Virus record (IMG/VR): IMGVR_UViG_3300031772_000001
Span: 64,001-128,000 of that record
DNA: 64,000 bases
From: a virus
Reading direction: 5' to 3' (one strand)
Of the stretch, positions 1 through 8,901 are shown one piece after another. The translations under genes and the position numbers were made by a program. Positions within the stretch are counted from its first letter, which is position 1. The number at the start of each line of letters is the position of its first letter. The notes under the pieces were generated by a model. It was not told the origin of the DNA and made no database searches. It worked only from the letters and a program-made list of their open reading frames with translations.

Positions 1-531
1 GATTACACGATAAGTCATAAAGTCAGAACTGATTTTCCCGTAGTTGATGTTCGATACCCGAATACGCTGACCAACAAACATGTCCTCCCCAATCGGGTTA
101 ATTTCCATACTCTTTGTTATGATCCTCAAGGAATCATCAACAAGAGGATCACCATAAATAGACCACACATCTTTTTCAAAAGGCTTAATCAAATCATTAT
201 ACCGGAGGTACGGCTCCTGAATAGGCTGAATAAAGATAACCTGATTCGGGGAAGAAGGGTTCTTTCCTATACGGAATTTTGCATAATTCCGTCGAATAAA
301 CTGCTCCTGCAAAAGCTGGTTAAACATCGGAAGCGTAAGTTCCCGCTGCAAACCTTTTGGAATATGTGACCACTTACACACATTCTTAACCGCCCTCTCT
401 GAAAATACCCCAATACCATCAATCGCCAACGCCCCGTCAACTTTTGTAAAAGACTTGTTAGCCAAATCCACTTCCTCAACCGAGTCATCAATCCTCTCCA
501 CAAGATCCACAAACTCTGGAGTACACGCCAT
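1..531 (-). CDS. DUF932-like protein, partial (runs off left edge; not in ORF track)
   Basis: Open frame from ATG at 531 (MACTPEFVDL...) to the edge; ends ...GQRIRVSNINYGKISSDFMTYRVI, resembling the DUF932 segment before the vCxNG motif. Confidence 0.45.
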   Translation of the reverse strand, partial: MACTPEFVDLVERIDDSVEEVDLANKSFTKVDGALAIDGIGVFSERAVKNVCKWSHIPKGLQRELTLPMFNQLLQEQFIRRNYAKFRIGKNPSSPNQVIFIQPIQEPYLRYNDLIKPFEKDVWSIYGDPLVDDSLRIITKSMEINPIGEDMFVGQRIRVSNINYGKISSDFMTYRVI

Positions 532-566
532 ACTACACTCTCCTCACGTTAAGGTTTATCAATCCA

Positions 567-917
567 TCATTCCCAAACCGAAGCCGCGTCAGCAATACCT
601 ACACTATCATCTGACTTTTCTACTTTTTGTGTGTATCTACAAAGGGGGTAAGAGTCACAAGCTAAAAAAATCTCCTTAGTCAACTTATTTTTTCTCCTAA
701 TCAACATCCCCTTACACTTAGGACACGGCCATGTCGTAGTGCCGGGCTTCTCATTCTTACTTGCCATCTCCAACCTATTTTTTATAGCAATATCACGATA
801 TTTTTCATATTTCCCTTGATACACTGCTTTTCGAGCAACAAATATTGATGGGCAACACCCAAGAGCTTTCAACTCTTGTGCTTTCTTCTCGTCCTCATCA
901 TCCATCATATCACCCAT
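567..917 (-). CDS. Topoisomerase-type C4 zinc-ribbon protein
   Basis: CPKCKGMLIRR...FLACDSYPLCRYT matches the zf-C4_Topoisom pattern. Confidence 0.7.
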   Translation of the reverse strand: MGDMMDDEDEKKAQELKALGCCPSIFVARKAVYQGKYEKYRDIAIKNRLEMASKNEKPGTTTWPCPKCKGMLIRRKNKLTKEIFLACDSYPLCRYTQKVEKSDDSVGIADAASVWE

Positions 918-926
918 ACTATCTCC

Positions 927-1358
927 TTACAAAACCTTCGACAAGTAAAACAACACCCTATTCTTATGTTTCAAAAAAGCCCGAAACTCTTCCCGCTGCA
1001 TATCACGGACATTCATTGACTCACGTATAATACCAATTAAATCATCATAATGCTCTGGAGGATTAAGCACCCCCACATCCACCAACTCCCCTATACCGTC
1101 AGAACTATTCAGATAATTAACTATTTTTTCTAAAACCAAAAGACTATCCTTTGACAATACAATTTTCCTGTTCTTACTATCCCTTGATTTTCTCCCTGTT
1201 ATGTACGCCCACTGAGTAAACCCACCCTTACCCTTACAAATCTTCTTGTACAAAGAAGACCGTATTACCGTCCAAAACCTTTCTCTTAGTAAAGAAGCCA
1301 TATCATCAGCCTCTTCTCTGCTTTCATCAAAATACAAGTAAGAATAATCTTCACCCAT
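927..1358 (-). CDS. hypothetical protein
   Basis: 143-aa ORF in tightly packed operon. Confidence 0.6.
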   Translation of the reverse strand: MGEDYSYLYFDESREEADDMASLLRERFWTVIRSSLYKKICKGKGGFTQWAYITGRKSRDSKNRKIVLSKDSLLVLEKIVNYLNSSDGIGELVDVGVLNPPEHYDDLIGIIRESMNVRDMQREEFRAFLKHKNRVLFYLSKVL

Positions 1359-1534
1359 TACTTCTTCTTAGAGAGAATCCCAAACTCAATATCAGACATA
1401 ACCCTAAACGATATATTATGCTGACTTCCACCACTTACCGGAACTATCACCGGATTCTGAGGAAAATGACACTTCTCACACCGACCCTGAGAATTCATCT
1501 TCTCGGATTTACAAATAGGACATATTGAATTCAT
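1358..1534 (-). CDS. small zinc-ribbon protein (58 aa, not in track)
   Basis: MNSICPICKSEKMNSQGRCEKCHF...; fills the gap, TAATG overlap with next gene. Confidence 0.55.
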   Translation of the reverse strand: MNSICPICKSEKMNSQGRCEKCHFPQNPVIVPVSGGSQHNISFRVMSDIEFGILSKKK

Positions 1535-1535
1535 A

Positions 1536-2282
1536 TTACGCCCTTTGATATGACTGAATTTCTTGAACCAACTGGTCTACAACCATACTGTACTTTGGGA
1601 GATAACCATTCACAGCAATACCCTCGATAAGCTCACCAGGGTCTTTATACTCCTGACCCATTCTTGATATATGGCAAGTAACATCATACTTTTGAAAATT
1701 TTTCTTAGTTATTCTCGCACCTTCGTCCCCCGGAATTATCCCCTGACTGTTCGGCTTATCGTTATCCTTAAAATAAACCACCTTATTTGTGAACATCGAA
1801 ATCAATTGGGCCTGATAATCGTTCACATGATTCGTCAAACAAGCATACGAAAACGGCCACGCCATTGACAACGCCTCAGCGTCCAGTACCCCCTCAGAAA
1901 TCACCAGTATCGTTCCGTAAACAAACATCTCCCCCTTCATTGGACTCAACATTGTCCTCAAAGAACTGTAGATTGCTAACGGGGAATATGACAGCAGGAT
2001 GAAATTCTTATCCGCAAGAGAACGAAACGCATACCCAAAAACAACCTGCCCAAACGTCAACGGATACATCACAGACGGTCCAACCGACCTAATAAAATTT
2101 GATATATAGGAAGAATCCTGTCTTACATCATAAGGAGTAATAACTTTCAAGTGGCTCAAGTCAAAGACTTTAGCTACAACTGCCCACTTCGCGGGAGAAT
2201 TGAATTTAGGGAGAGAGGCTAAACTATCATAAACTTCATCAAATTGCTTAACAGTCTCGTAACCGTAACTCATCAATGACAT
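1536..2282 (-). CDS. DNA primase catalytic (TOPRIM) subunit lacking Zn finger
   Basis: ISEGVLDA, FKDND..GDEGA and YKDPGE DnaG-type TOPRIM motifs; GYAFRSL upstream. Confidence 0.75.
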   Translation of the reverse strand: MSLMSYGYETVKQFDEVYDSLASLPKFNSPAKWAVVAKVFDLSHLKVITPYDVRQDSSYISNFIRSVGPSVMYPLTFGQVVFGYAFRSLADKNFILLSYSPLAIYSSLRTMLSPMKGEMFVYGTILVISEGVLDAEALSMAWPFSYACLTNHVNDYQAQLISMFTNKVVYFKDNDKPNSQGIIPGDEGARITKKNFQKYDVTCHISRMGQEYKDPGELIEGIAVNGYLPKYSMVVDQLVQEIQSYQRA

Positions 2283-2530
2283 CCAACGTAAAAAATTCCA
2301 TCATCCACAGTAATAACAACAGGCTGTCTACAACTGTCCATTACATCAAGCCAATAAGGTTTCCAACCTTCAAGATCCTCGCATGTACCAAAGCCAAACT
2401 CTTTAGGGACAAAAACAACCCAATCCTCATCCCCTCCCTGATCTGCTATCTTCTGGATCTCCTCTGGTGCCTTCTCAAAGGACCAGACCGAGATATGGTC
2501 CAACGCTAACTTCACAAGTCCTCCATACAT
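2273..2530 (-). CDS. hypothetical protein
   Basis: 85-aa ORF overlapping neighbours. Confidence 0.55.
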   Translation of the reverse strand: MYGGLVKLALDHISVWSFEKAPEEIQKIADQGGDEDWVVFVPKEFGFGTCEDLEGWKPYWLDVMDSCRQPVVITVDDGIFYVGCH

Positions 2531-2940
2531 GATACGATAAACGGGACAAAATCATCAAGATAATCTTCAAAAGAATCAGTCAATGAAAGATCCTCTAAGT
2601 CCTCTGGCAGCACCCATGCAAACCCCTTCGTCTCAATATTTGGTATCACCTTCATTAACTTCTCACCCGGAGCATACGGAAAAATCTTATTGTCACCAAA
2701 CTCAGCAGGAACCCCAAGGAATAATGGATTCAATGGTATCCCTGTTTCCTCGAAGAACTCTCGCTTAATGCAGTCTACAGTATTCTCATTGCCTGTCCTA
2801 TGACCTCCAAATAATCCCCACGTACCATCAATAGCTCTCTCCTGAATCATTATATGACCATTAAATATTGGAACAACAAAGCATTTCTTGATCTTCTCCA
2901 TTTTTACCTGTCCTTCCTCAACTTTTGACCGTCCGGGCAA
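2512..2940 (-). CDS. NUDIX hydrolase
   Basis: Nudix box GGHRTGNENTVDCIKREFFEETG; true start probably MEKIKK. Confidence 0.85.
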   Translation of the reverse strand: MPGRSKVEEGQVKMEKIKKCFVVPIFNGHIMIQERAIDGTWGLFGGHRTGNENTVDCIKREFFEETGIPLNPLFLGVPAEFGDNKIFPYAPGEKLMKVIPNIETKGFAWVLPEDLEDLSLTDSFEDYLDDFVPFIVSCMEDL

Positions 2941-3125
2941 ACACAGAAATTCTTTCGACCATGTGGCTTATCTGAAGTATCTATGATTCCAGTATCCTCA
3001 CACAAAGTACAGTGACCACCAAATGAATAAAAATCTTCCCAATACCTAACAACAATATATGATGCTCCATTGGGAAACATCTCTCCCCTGCTTGTTTCTC
3101 GCCTTAATTGAGACTCGGATTCCAT
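2904..3125 (-). CDS. small Cys-rich hypothetical protein
   Basis: CTLCEDTG...CVCPDG. Confidence 0.55.
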   Translation of the reverse strand: MESESQLRRETSRGEMFPNGASYIVVRYWEDFYSFGGHCTLCEDTGIIDTSDKPHGRKNFCVCPDGQKLRKDR

Positions 3126-3128
3126 CTG

Positions 3129-3302
3129 TCAAACCTTCTCTGTCAAATCCTCTACCCGTACCCACTTCCTTGCCCCTCCAAACAACTCCACAACGACAAG
3201 AGCACCCTTCTCCTCTAAAGCAACAACCTTCCCAATGTATAGAATACCCATACCACACGTCCACTGAACCATCATACCCGGCTTCACAGCTTCTCTTTTC
3301 AC
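3129..3302 (-). CDS. small SH3/KOW-like protein (57 aa, not in track)
   Basis: GTG start overlapping upstream TGA; MKREAVKPGMMVQW...GKVVALEEKGALVVVELFGGARKWVRVEDL. Confidence 0.5.
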   Translation of the reverse strand: MKREAVKPGMMVQWTCGMGILYIGKVVALEEKGALVVVELFGGARKWVRVEDLTEKV

Positions 3303-3568
3303 AATTCCCCCAAAACCTTTTCAAGATTAACGATAATATCTTCTCGCTGTTCCTTCTCCTTAGAAGTTAGATACCCACGTACTAACACCACAATCTTTGA
3401 ATATATGTTCTCCATTATCTCCAAATCAACCCCTACTATCACGCCCTTATCCTGCAACAACTTTTGAAGATATGAAATTCCTCGAAGATCCTTCGCTTCT
3501 TCAACTGTGATGATGTTCTTTTTTGTGAGCAGGTGTAATAATGCTATATGTGAAATATTGTCTGTCAT
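3299..3568 (-). CDS. hypothetical protein
   Basis: 89-aa ORF with AGGAAAGG upstream. Confidence 0.55.
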   Translation of the reverse strand: MTDNISHIALLHLLTKKNIITVEEAKDLRGISYLQKLLQDKGVIVGVDLEIMENIYSKIVVLVRGYLTSKEKEQREDIIVNLEKVLGEL

Positions 3569-3590
3569 AACCTTTCCTAAAAGTTAAAAT

Positions 3591-3618
3591 AAAAAGAACA
3601 GGTATGTCAACCTGCCTT
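3591..3618 (-). terminator. intrinsic terminator
   Basis: AGGCAGGT-tgacat-ACCTGTT followed by a T-run. Confidence 0.55.
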
Positions 3619-3811
3619 GTTAATCCTTATGTTACTGCAATGGTCTTTCGACGTTCCCCCCTTTGAAAATGGCTCAACTTATTCCAAAAACTCTTCTTCC
3701 ATTTCCGAACACCATTAGAGGACAGGTAAGACTGCTTCGGGTTCTCAGGAACAAGCTCTTCAATATTCTTTGCTACTAGACCACGCATAAACTATCCTTC
3801 CTTTCAAGTTA

Positions 3812-4336
3812 CTACTTAGAGTAAGACTGAACCTCGTCCTTGTACTTATAATATACGTGTATACCGGCAAAAGCAAAAATGTCTTCAGATTCTTTTGCCT
3901 TCTGATAACATCTCTCACAGAAGACATCCGTGATTCCTACAGTAATTATCGCTTCGGCACACTTTCGGCAAGGAGTCATCCGGCAATACAACATAGAGTC
4001 CTGCAAAGAAATCCCGTACTTTGCCGCATGAAGAATTGCATTCATCTCAGCATGAATGGTACGAACACAGTGCTCTGAAAACGTCCTTATATCAAGGTTC
4101 CCTGTCCCTTTTATATAATCTTTAGAACGTAGTTCAAACTCGTGCCCTACCTTGTCACATTCTGGAAATCCCGCTGGAGACCCAACGTACCCACAAGACA
4201 GGATATGGTTATTCTTTACAATAACACAGCCAGACCTACCTCGATCACAGGTAGCTCTCTTGGAGACAGCATCCATTATCCCAAAGAAATAATCGTCCCA
4301 CTTAGGCTTCACATAAATTCCAGTACCATCAGTCAT
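3812..4336 (-). CDS. dCMP deaminase
   Basis: RATCDR, HAEMNA and PCRKC zinc motifs. Confidence 0.92.
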   Translation of the reverse strand: MTDGTGIYVKPKWDDYFFGIMDAVSKRATCDRGRSGCVIVKNNHILSCGYVGSPAGFPECDKVGHEFELRSKDYIKGTGNLDIRTFSEHCVRTIHAEMNAILHAAKYGISLQDSMLYCRMTPCRKCAEAIITVGITDVFCERCYQKAKESEDIFAFAGIHVYYKYKDEVQSYSK

Positions 4337-4358
4337 ACCTCAGTCCATTCTATAACCG

Positions 4359-5546
4359 TTAGTTCTTCTTGACAATAATCACACACTCTTTATTACCAGC
4401 CGTAAATGTCACTTTATCATTGATAAAAGTAACACTAACAATAGTATCTCCCTTAAACACCTTGATAACAGTCAAAAGAGTCTTCAAAGAAACCCCAAAT
4501 ACCGCCTCTGAAGTAACACCATCAACCTTATCTGAAACTGTAAACGTAGATACATCACCTCTACGGGTCTTAAACACACACTTCAATGCTTCTTTTGTAA
4601 AAACCAAATCCACAGTACCAGAAGATTCCGGCAACCCTACCAAGGTATTTATTGCAGATACAAAATACAGAACACTAACAAAATAACTACCTGCACCCTT
4701 AACAAATGCTGCCTTATATTGATTTACAAACTGAGTGGTTGTCTTAGGAAAAACGTAACTAAACTTATCAGAATCTATAAAATACTTATCAGCATAACAA
4801 GAAATAGTCAAGTCAGAACTACCAATCACTGCCAATATTGACTGAATCAAAGAAATGTCACTTCTACGAAACACCACCGGAAAACTGTCTCTCTTTACTC
4901 TACCAACTACAGCACCATTACAAGCATAGATCCCGTCAGGCTCAACAAAGATGTAGTCAAAATCAGAAACATCCACATAGGAAAGTATAGGACTTAACGT
5001 CTGAATCGAAGACAAAAGATCGGGTGACTTGGTAACTCCAGTAGATGTCGGAGAACCACTTACAGTATGACTATTGTAAATATTTGCATCCAAATTGAAC
5101 ATAGGAATGTACAACTCCCCACCAAAGAAGTTGACATACATATTTGGACTACGGTAAATCAGGTACGTCTTCCTTTTGTGACTTCGCACCCCCCTGTAAA
5201 ATGTCTCCACGTCAACCATCTTATGATCGGGGAAATGATTGTTTCTGCAAGAAATAAGACAGGACATCAAAGTGACACCTTCACAAAGTTCAAACTTTAC
5301 TTGAGTATCACTGACAACTGAAATTCTCAAAGAACGAGAAATCACCATCCTTGCAGCAGACTTCCTATTTACAAAAGGAGCAAGGAACTTATGGAGAATA
5401 GAAGAATCAAACTCCAGGTAATCCACGCTATTAGGAAGATCCACAGCAACAACATCAACAGACTGATCCTCTGGTGAAACCACTTCATCATTGGAAATAT
5501 CCCCGACTACCTGACCTTCAAAAACATCACCCATCCTACCCTCCAA
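4359..5546 (-). CDS. putative sliding clamp (DnaN/beta-clamp-like)
   Basis: ~390 aa with three-repeat pattern; GIYACNG resembles the ATDG motif; FGVSLKTLLTVIKVFKGDTIVSVTF resembles the C-terminal beta-clamp motif. Confidence 0.55.
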   Translation of the reverse strand: MEGRMGDVFEGQVVGDISNDEVVSPEDQSVDVVAVDLPNSVDYLEFDSSILHKFLAPFVNRKSAARMVISRSLRISVVSDTQVKFELCEGVTLMSCLISCRNNHFPDHKMVDVETFYRGVRSHKRKTYLIYRSPNMYVNFFGGELYIPMFNLDANIYNSHTVSGSPTSTGVTKSPDLLSSIQTLSPILSYVDVSDFDYIFVEPDGIYACNGAVVGRVKRDSFPVVFRRSDISLIQSILAVIGSSDLTISCYADKYFIDSDKFSYVFPKTTTQFVNQYKAAFVKGAGSYFVSVLYFVSAINTLVGLPESSGTVDLVFTKEALKCVFKTRRGDVSTFTVSDKVDGVTSEAVFGVSLKTLLTVIKVFKGDTIVSVTFINDKVTFTAGNKECVIIVKKN

Positions 5547-5757
5547 TATGTTTTACCATCCCTGTCATAGCAACACCTATCACCACAAGAGAAACACCAG
5601 ACACAAGCATGGTTATTAACGAAATCATCGGAACACCAATCCTTGTATGGCACCTATCACATCGCTCATTACAAATGACAAACCCGCAAACTAAAAACAG
5701 TGCAGACAACAACGCCAAAACCCCAACAATAATAAACAAAATTGGAAGTATGGTCAT
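5536..5757 (-). CDS. small two-TM membrane protein
   Basis: two hydrophobic stretches around CNERCDRC. Confidence 0.55.
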   Translation of the reverse strand: MTILPILFIIVGVLALLSALFLVCGFVICNERCDRCHTRIGVPMISLITMLVSGVSLVVIGVAMTGMVKHIGG

Positions 5758-6761
5758 ACAGAAATCCCGAAATTAGTAAAGTATTGCTTGATAAACTGAA
5801 ACAACGTAAGATCCTTCTCACATAGCTTCATCAGACTACTCCCTATCTCAGAAGAAACATCCTGCTTTGACTTATCCTTCAAAACTGAAATAAACTCTGA
5901 CATCTTCTGTGAGACTGACTCACGCTCAATCCTCGCAAGACTGAATACCTGCTCTGCTGGAGCCACTGGCAAGGTTTCCTGCCTCACATCTACCTTCACC
6001 TGACCATCGACCACCTTCACAGATACCACATCAAAAAACACATCCCTGACGCGGTTCACAGTATGTTTTGTACCGCGTGATAGTGCCCCCGGCCTAACTA
6101 CAATCTTCCCGCCAATGTCTATCACCGGATAAGGCACATGGTCATGCCCCAAGAAAAGACAATTCCATTTAGAATCCTTAATTTCGTCATGTAAAAAAGC
6201 CTCATCCTTTGTAATAACTGTCAAACTATTTACCACAAAGGCATGTCCACAGAACATATTGTAGTCCGCATGGACAGAAGGCTCTGGCAGCTTCGGATTC
6301 AAAAAGTAGTCCTCACCCTGCAAGAGAACTCGTTTACCATCCACGTTAAAAACCAAAGACCCAAGATGTTGTAAACGACCAGATGAAAGTAATACCCCAA
6401 GAGGAGACTTACAAACCGTGTCAGGATTCGCATGGTACACATCATGGTTTCCAAATATGGTATAGACAGGGACTTGAAACTCTGCAAACGTATGAATAAC
6501 TTTCGTCTTGTAAAGATCCGTCTGAGGTTTCTGATGGTAAATATCCCCACCAATCAGCACAAAATCACATGCCATTGCAGCGGAAACTTTTGCCATCTTC
6601 GAGATTTTATTAAGAATAACAGTAGGGTAATCATCTTGTCTTGAGATAGGCCCAACATGGTTTACATGAGGGTCTGAGAAATACAAGAACCGAACTTCCT
6701 TCCGTGACTCAGGAAATTCAGCTACTACCTTGTCCAAAAACCTCAAAGGGAAATCGGTCAT
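5754..6761 (-). CDS. Mre11/SbcD-like metallophosphoesterase nuclease
   Basis: SDPH, GGDIYH, GNHD, GHA and GHDH motifs; next to Rad50 parts. Confidence 0.88.
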   Translation of the reverse strand: MTDFPLRFLDKVVAEFPESRKEVRFLYFSDPHVNHVGPISRQDDYPTVILNKISKMAKVSAAMACDFVLIGGDIYHQKPQTDLYKTKVIHTFAEFQVPVYTIFGNHDVYHANPDTVCKSPLGVLLSSGRLQHLGSLVFNVDGKRVLLQGEDYFLNPKLPEPSVHADYNMFCGHAFVVNSLTVITKDEAFLHDEIKDSKWNCLFLGHDHVPYPVIDIGGKIVVRPGALSRGTKHTVNRVRDVFFDVVSVKVVDGQVKVDVRQETLPVAPAEQVFSLARIERESVSQKMSEFISVLKDKSKQDVSSEIGSSLMKLCEKDLTLFQFIKQYFTNFGISV

Positions 6762-6764
6762 CGC

Positions 6765-6962
6765 TTACCTCTCGTCAAGATTGTCCAACAAATCGTTATC
6801 CTCACCCTCCATCAACTTGTCCTCAATCAACTCTCCATCATCCTCATCAATCTTATCAAGTAAATCTCGATCAACTGGAAACTTCTCACTCTCTACCAAC
6901 TCATTATCCCCGTCTGGAACTTCCTGAAACAACGGATCTTCTGTAAAATCTTTCCTCGACAT
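6765..6962 (-). CDS. small acidic protein
   Basis: 65 aa, D/E-rich, GGAGG RBS. Confidence 0.6.
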   Translation of the reverse strand: MSRKDFTEDPLFQEVPDGDNELVESEKFPVDRDLLDKIDEDDGELIEDKLMEGEDNDLLDNLDER

Positions 6963-6973
6963 TGTTACGCCTC

Positions 6974-7261
6974 CTAATCCATGAATTTTGTTAGGTCCAC
7001 ATCCTGTACTTCAGTCTTAGAAACATTATCAGACCCAACAGGCTTAACAGACTCATCAACCTTAACAGGCGAAACAAGGCCAGACCTTTCTAAGTACCCA
7101 AGAACACCTTTACTTTTCAGGTATTTCCTTACTGCAACATGTGACCCGTCGTGAGTAGACCCCTTTGGTGGAGTAATCTCATCTAAGCCATCCCACAAAT
7201 CAAAAAGAATTTTTTGAGATTCCGAAAGTCTAACACTGTCATCCCTAAAAACCATAGACAT
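6974..7261 (-). CDS. hypothetical protein
   Basis: 95-aa ORF in operon. Confidence 0.55.
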   Translation of the reverse strand: MSMVFRDDSVRLSESQKILFDLWDGLDEITPPKGSTHDGSHVAVRKYLKSKGVLGYLERSGLVSPVKVDESVKPVGSDNVSKTEVQDVDLTKFMD

Positions 7262-7262
7262 A

Positions 7263-7916
7263 CTATCTCTCTTTTTTCAGATTCCCATTAGTCATCCGAT
7301 AAATAGAGTCAGCGTAAGAAATGTATCTTACATCATGGGTTATCCAAAGAATGTTAAACCCCAAATCAGCGTTACACTGCCGAATGAATTTGAAAAGACC
7401 CTCAACATACGCCTCTGAAAGCTGAGACAGGGACTCATCCAGAATCAAGAACCTCCGAAGACCCAACGAAAGCATAAAATAAATTCGGAGTATAAATGAA
7501 ACAACAACTTGAACCCCTCCACCTACACTATCGCGCAACTTGCATTTATGGATATTATTTCCAACACTCTCGACAAGAAAGAACTCAGCAGTCTTTAGAT
7601 CACCCCTATCAGCAATCTCAATCTCTATAGAGTAATTCTTATCATCAAAAATGGTTTGCATTCCGTAAGTCAACAACTCCTGCAACTTACGGATACTCTT
7701 CTCAGACAACTCACCAATCAACAGCTTTGTTACCTCAATTGCTTTCTCCGTATACTCAAGCTGGACAATCTTATCCGCGTGTTGTTTCTTCACATTTCCC
7801 AAGCTAATATCAGTCCCGTTAATAGTCTCACGGGTAGACTGAAGTTTAGCTTGACAAGACACAAACAAATCCTCAAGCTGTGAGGCTTTTGATAAAATCA
7901 ACTCAGCACCCATCAC
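7263..7916 (-). CDS. Rad50/SbcC ABC-ATPase C-terminal half
   Basis: coiled coil, then signature SVGGGV, Walker B LILDESLSQL, H-loop ITHD. Confidence 0.85.
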   Translation of the reverse strand: MMGAELILSKASQLEDLFVSCQAKLQSTRETINGTDISLGNVKKQHADKIVQLEYTEKAIEVTKLLIGELSEKSIRKLQELLTYGMQTIFDDKNYSIEIEIADRGDLKTAEFFLVESVGNNIHKCKLRDSVGGGVQVVVSFILRIYFMLSLGLRRFLILDESLSQLSEAYVEGLFKFIRQCNADLGFNILWITHDVRYISYADSIYRMTNGNLKKER

Positions 7917-8506
7917 ACAGCCCCTTCCTGCTCATCAAGCATCTTGATAGTCTGAATTACACGCCCAAGAACAACCGACAACGAAGCTTCAGCATCCACA
8001 ATAATACCATCACACTCCGTCTGGTAGTAAAGATGTACCCTCTTCAGGTACTTCTCACCACGAGTCTCTATATTGTCAACCCTCTGTATCCTACTCCTTG
8101 CAACATCAAAAGGAAGATCCAAAATAATACACAAATCAGGGTGACAAATATCTGAAGTATCTATCAGTTTATCAATAAATGACTTTTCTATCCCATAAGA
8201 AAACTCTTGATGTGCTTTTGTAGAGTAATACCAACGATCTGCAATAACCAACTTACCCTCAACCAATGCTGGCCTCACCACCTTATTTGAAGCCTCAACC
8301 ATCGAAGCAACAAACAAGAATAATTCTGTCTGCTTTTCAAGTTTTTCCCTTGAGTTAAGAAGAATACTACGCAACTTCCCACCAATATAAGTAGTTCCCG
8401 GCTCCTTTACATGCACAGCATCAGGGAACTCTTTTTTCAGATTCCGTATAACAGTAGTTTTACCCGAACCACTAACACCCTCAATACAAACAAACTTTCC
8501 GTGCAT
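7913..8506 (-). CDS. tmk: thymidylate kinase
   Basis: IEGVSGSGKTT, KEPG, VIADRW, PDLCIILD. Confidence 0.92.
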   Translation of the reverse strand: MHGKFVCIEGVSGSGKTTVIRNLKKEFPDAVHVKEPGTTYIGGKLRSILLNSREKLEKQTELFLFVASMVEASNKVVRPALVEGKLVIADRWYYSTKAHQEFSYGIEKSFIDKLIDTSDICHPDLCIILDLPFDVARSRIQRVDNIETRGEKYLKRVHLYYQTECDGIIVDAEASLSVVLGRVIQTIKMLDEQEGAV

Positions 8507-8649
8507 AGACTACAGTACCTTTCCAAGTTCTTCGGAATCCTTGATGTCCCTCCGTATCTGACTAATATGCCGCTTATCAGCCCACATATTCTTATAAGGT
8601 TTACATAAGGAGCATGACCTCTTCTTCTGCTTAGTTCTTTTTCTCATAG

Positions 8650-8901
8650 CTACACATTCACTTTTGACAATACCTGTTCCATCGTAGAAAGACTCTGGTT
8701 CAAAGAAGAAGTCAGAGTCTCAATCTCTACTTTCAACTGCTCGTAGGTAGTAATCCCGTACTCCTGCTGCAACTTTTGAAGAATTGCGGTCTTCTGCTCA
8801 TTCAACGCAGTCTGACGCGCTTGGAGCTTCTTCAAGTTGTCCTTGACAGCCTCCACCTTTGAACTAAGCAAATTGAACTTCTCAACTAACTGGTTTGCCA
8901 T
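8650..8901 (-). CDS. coiled-coil protein (possible Rad50 middle segment)
   Basis: start re-called at MANQLVEK (GGAAGG RBS); heptad pattern throughout. Confidence 0.6.
   Translation of the reverse strand: MANQLVEKFNLLSSKVEAVKDNLKKLQARQTALNEQKTAILQKLQQEYGITTYEQLKVEIETLTSSLNQSLSTMEQVLSKVNV

Noticed and set aside
267-512. 81-aa minus ORF
   Set aside because: Nested out of frame in the longer 1..531 ORF.
3046-3324. 92-aa Cys/Gly-rich ORF
   Set aside because: The alternative frame 3129..3302 fits the gap with coupled start/stop and looks more protein-like.
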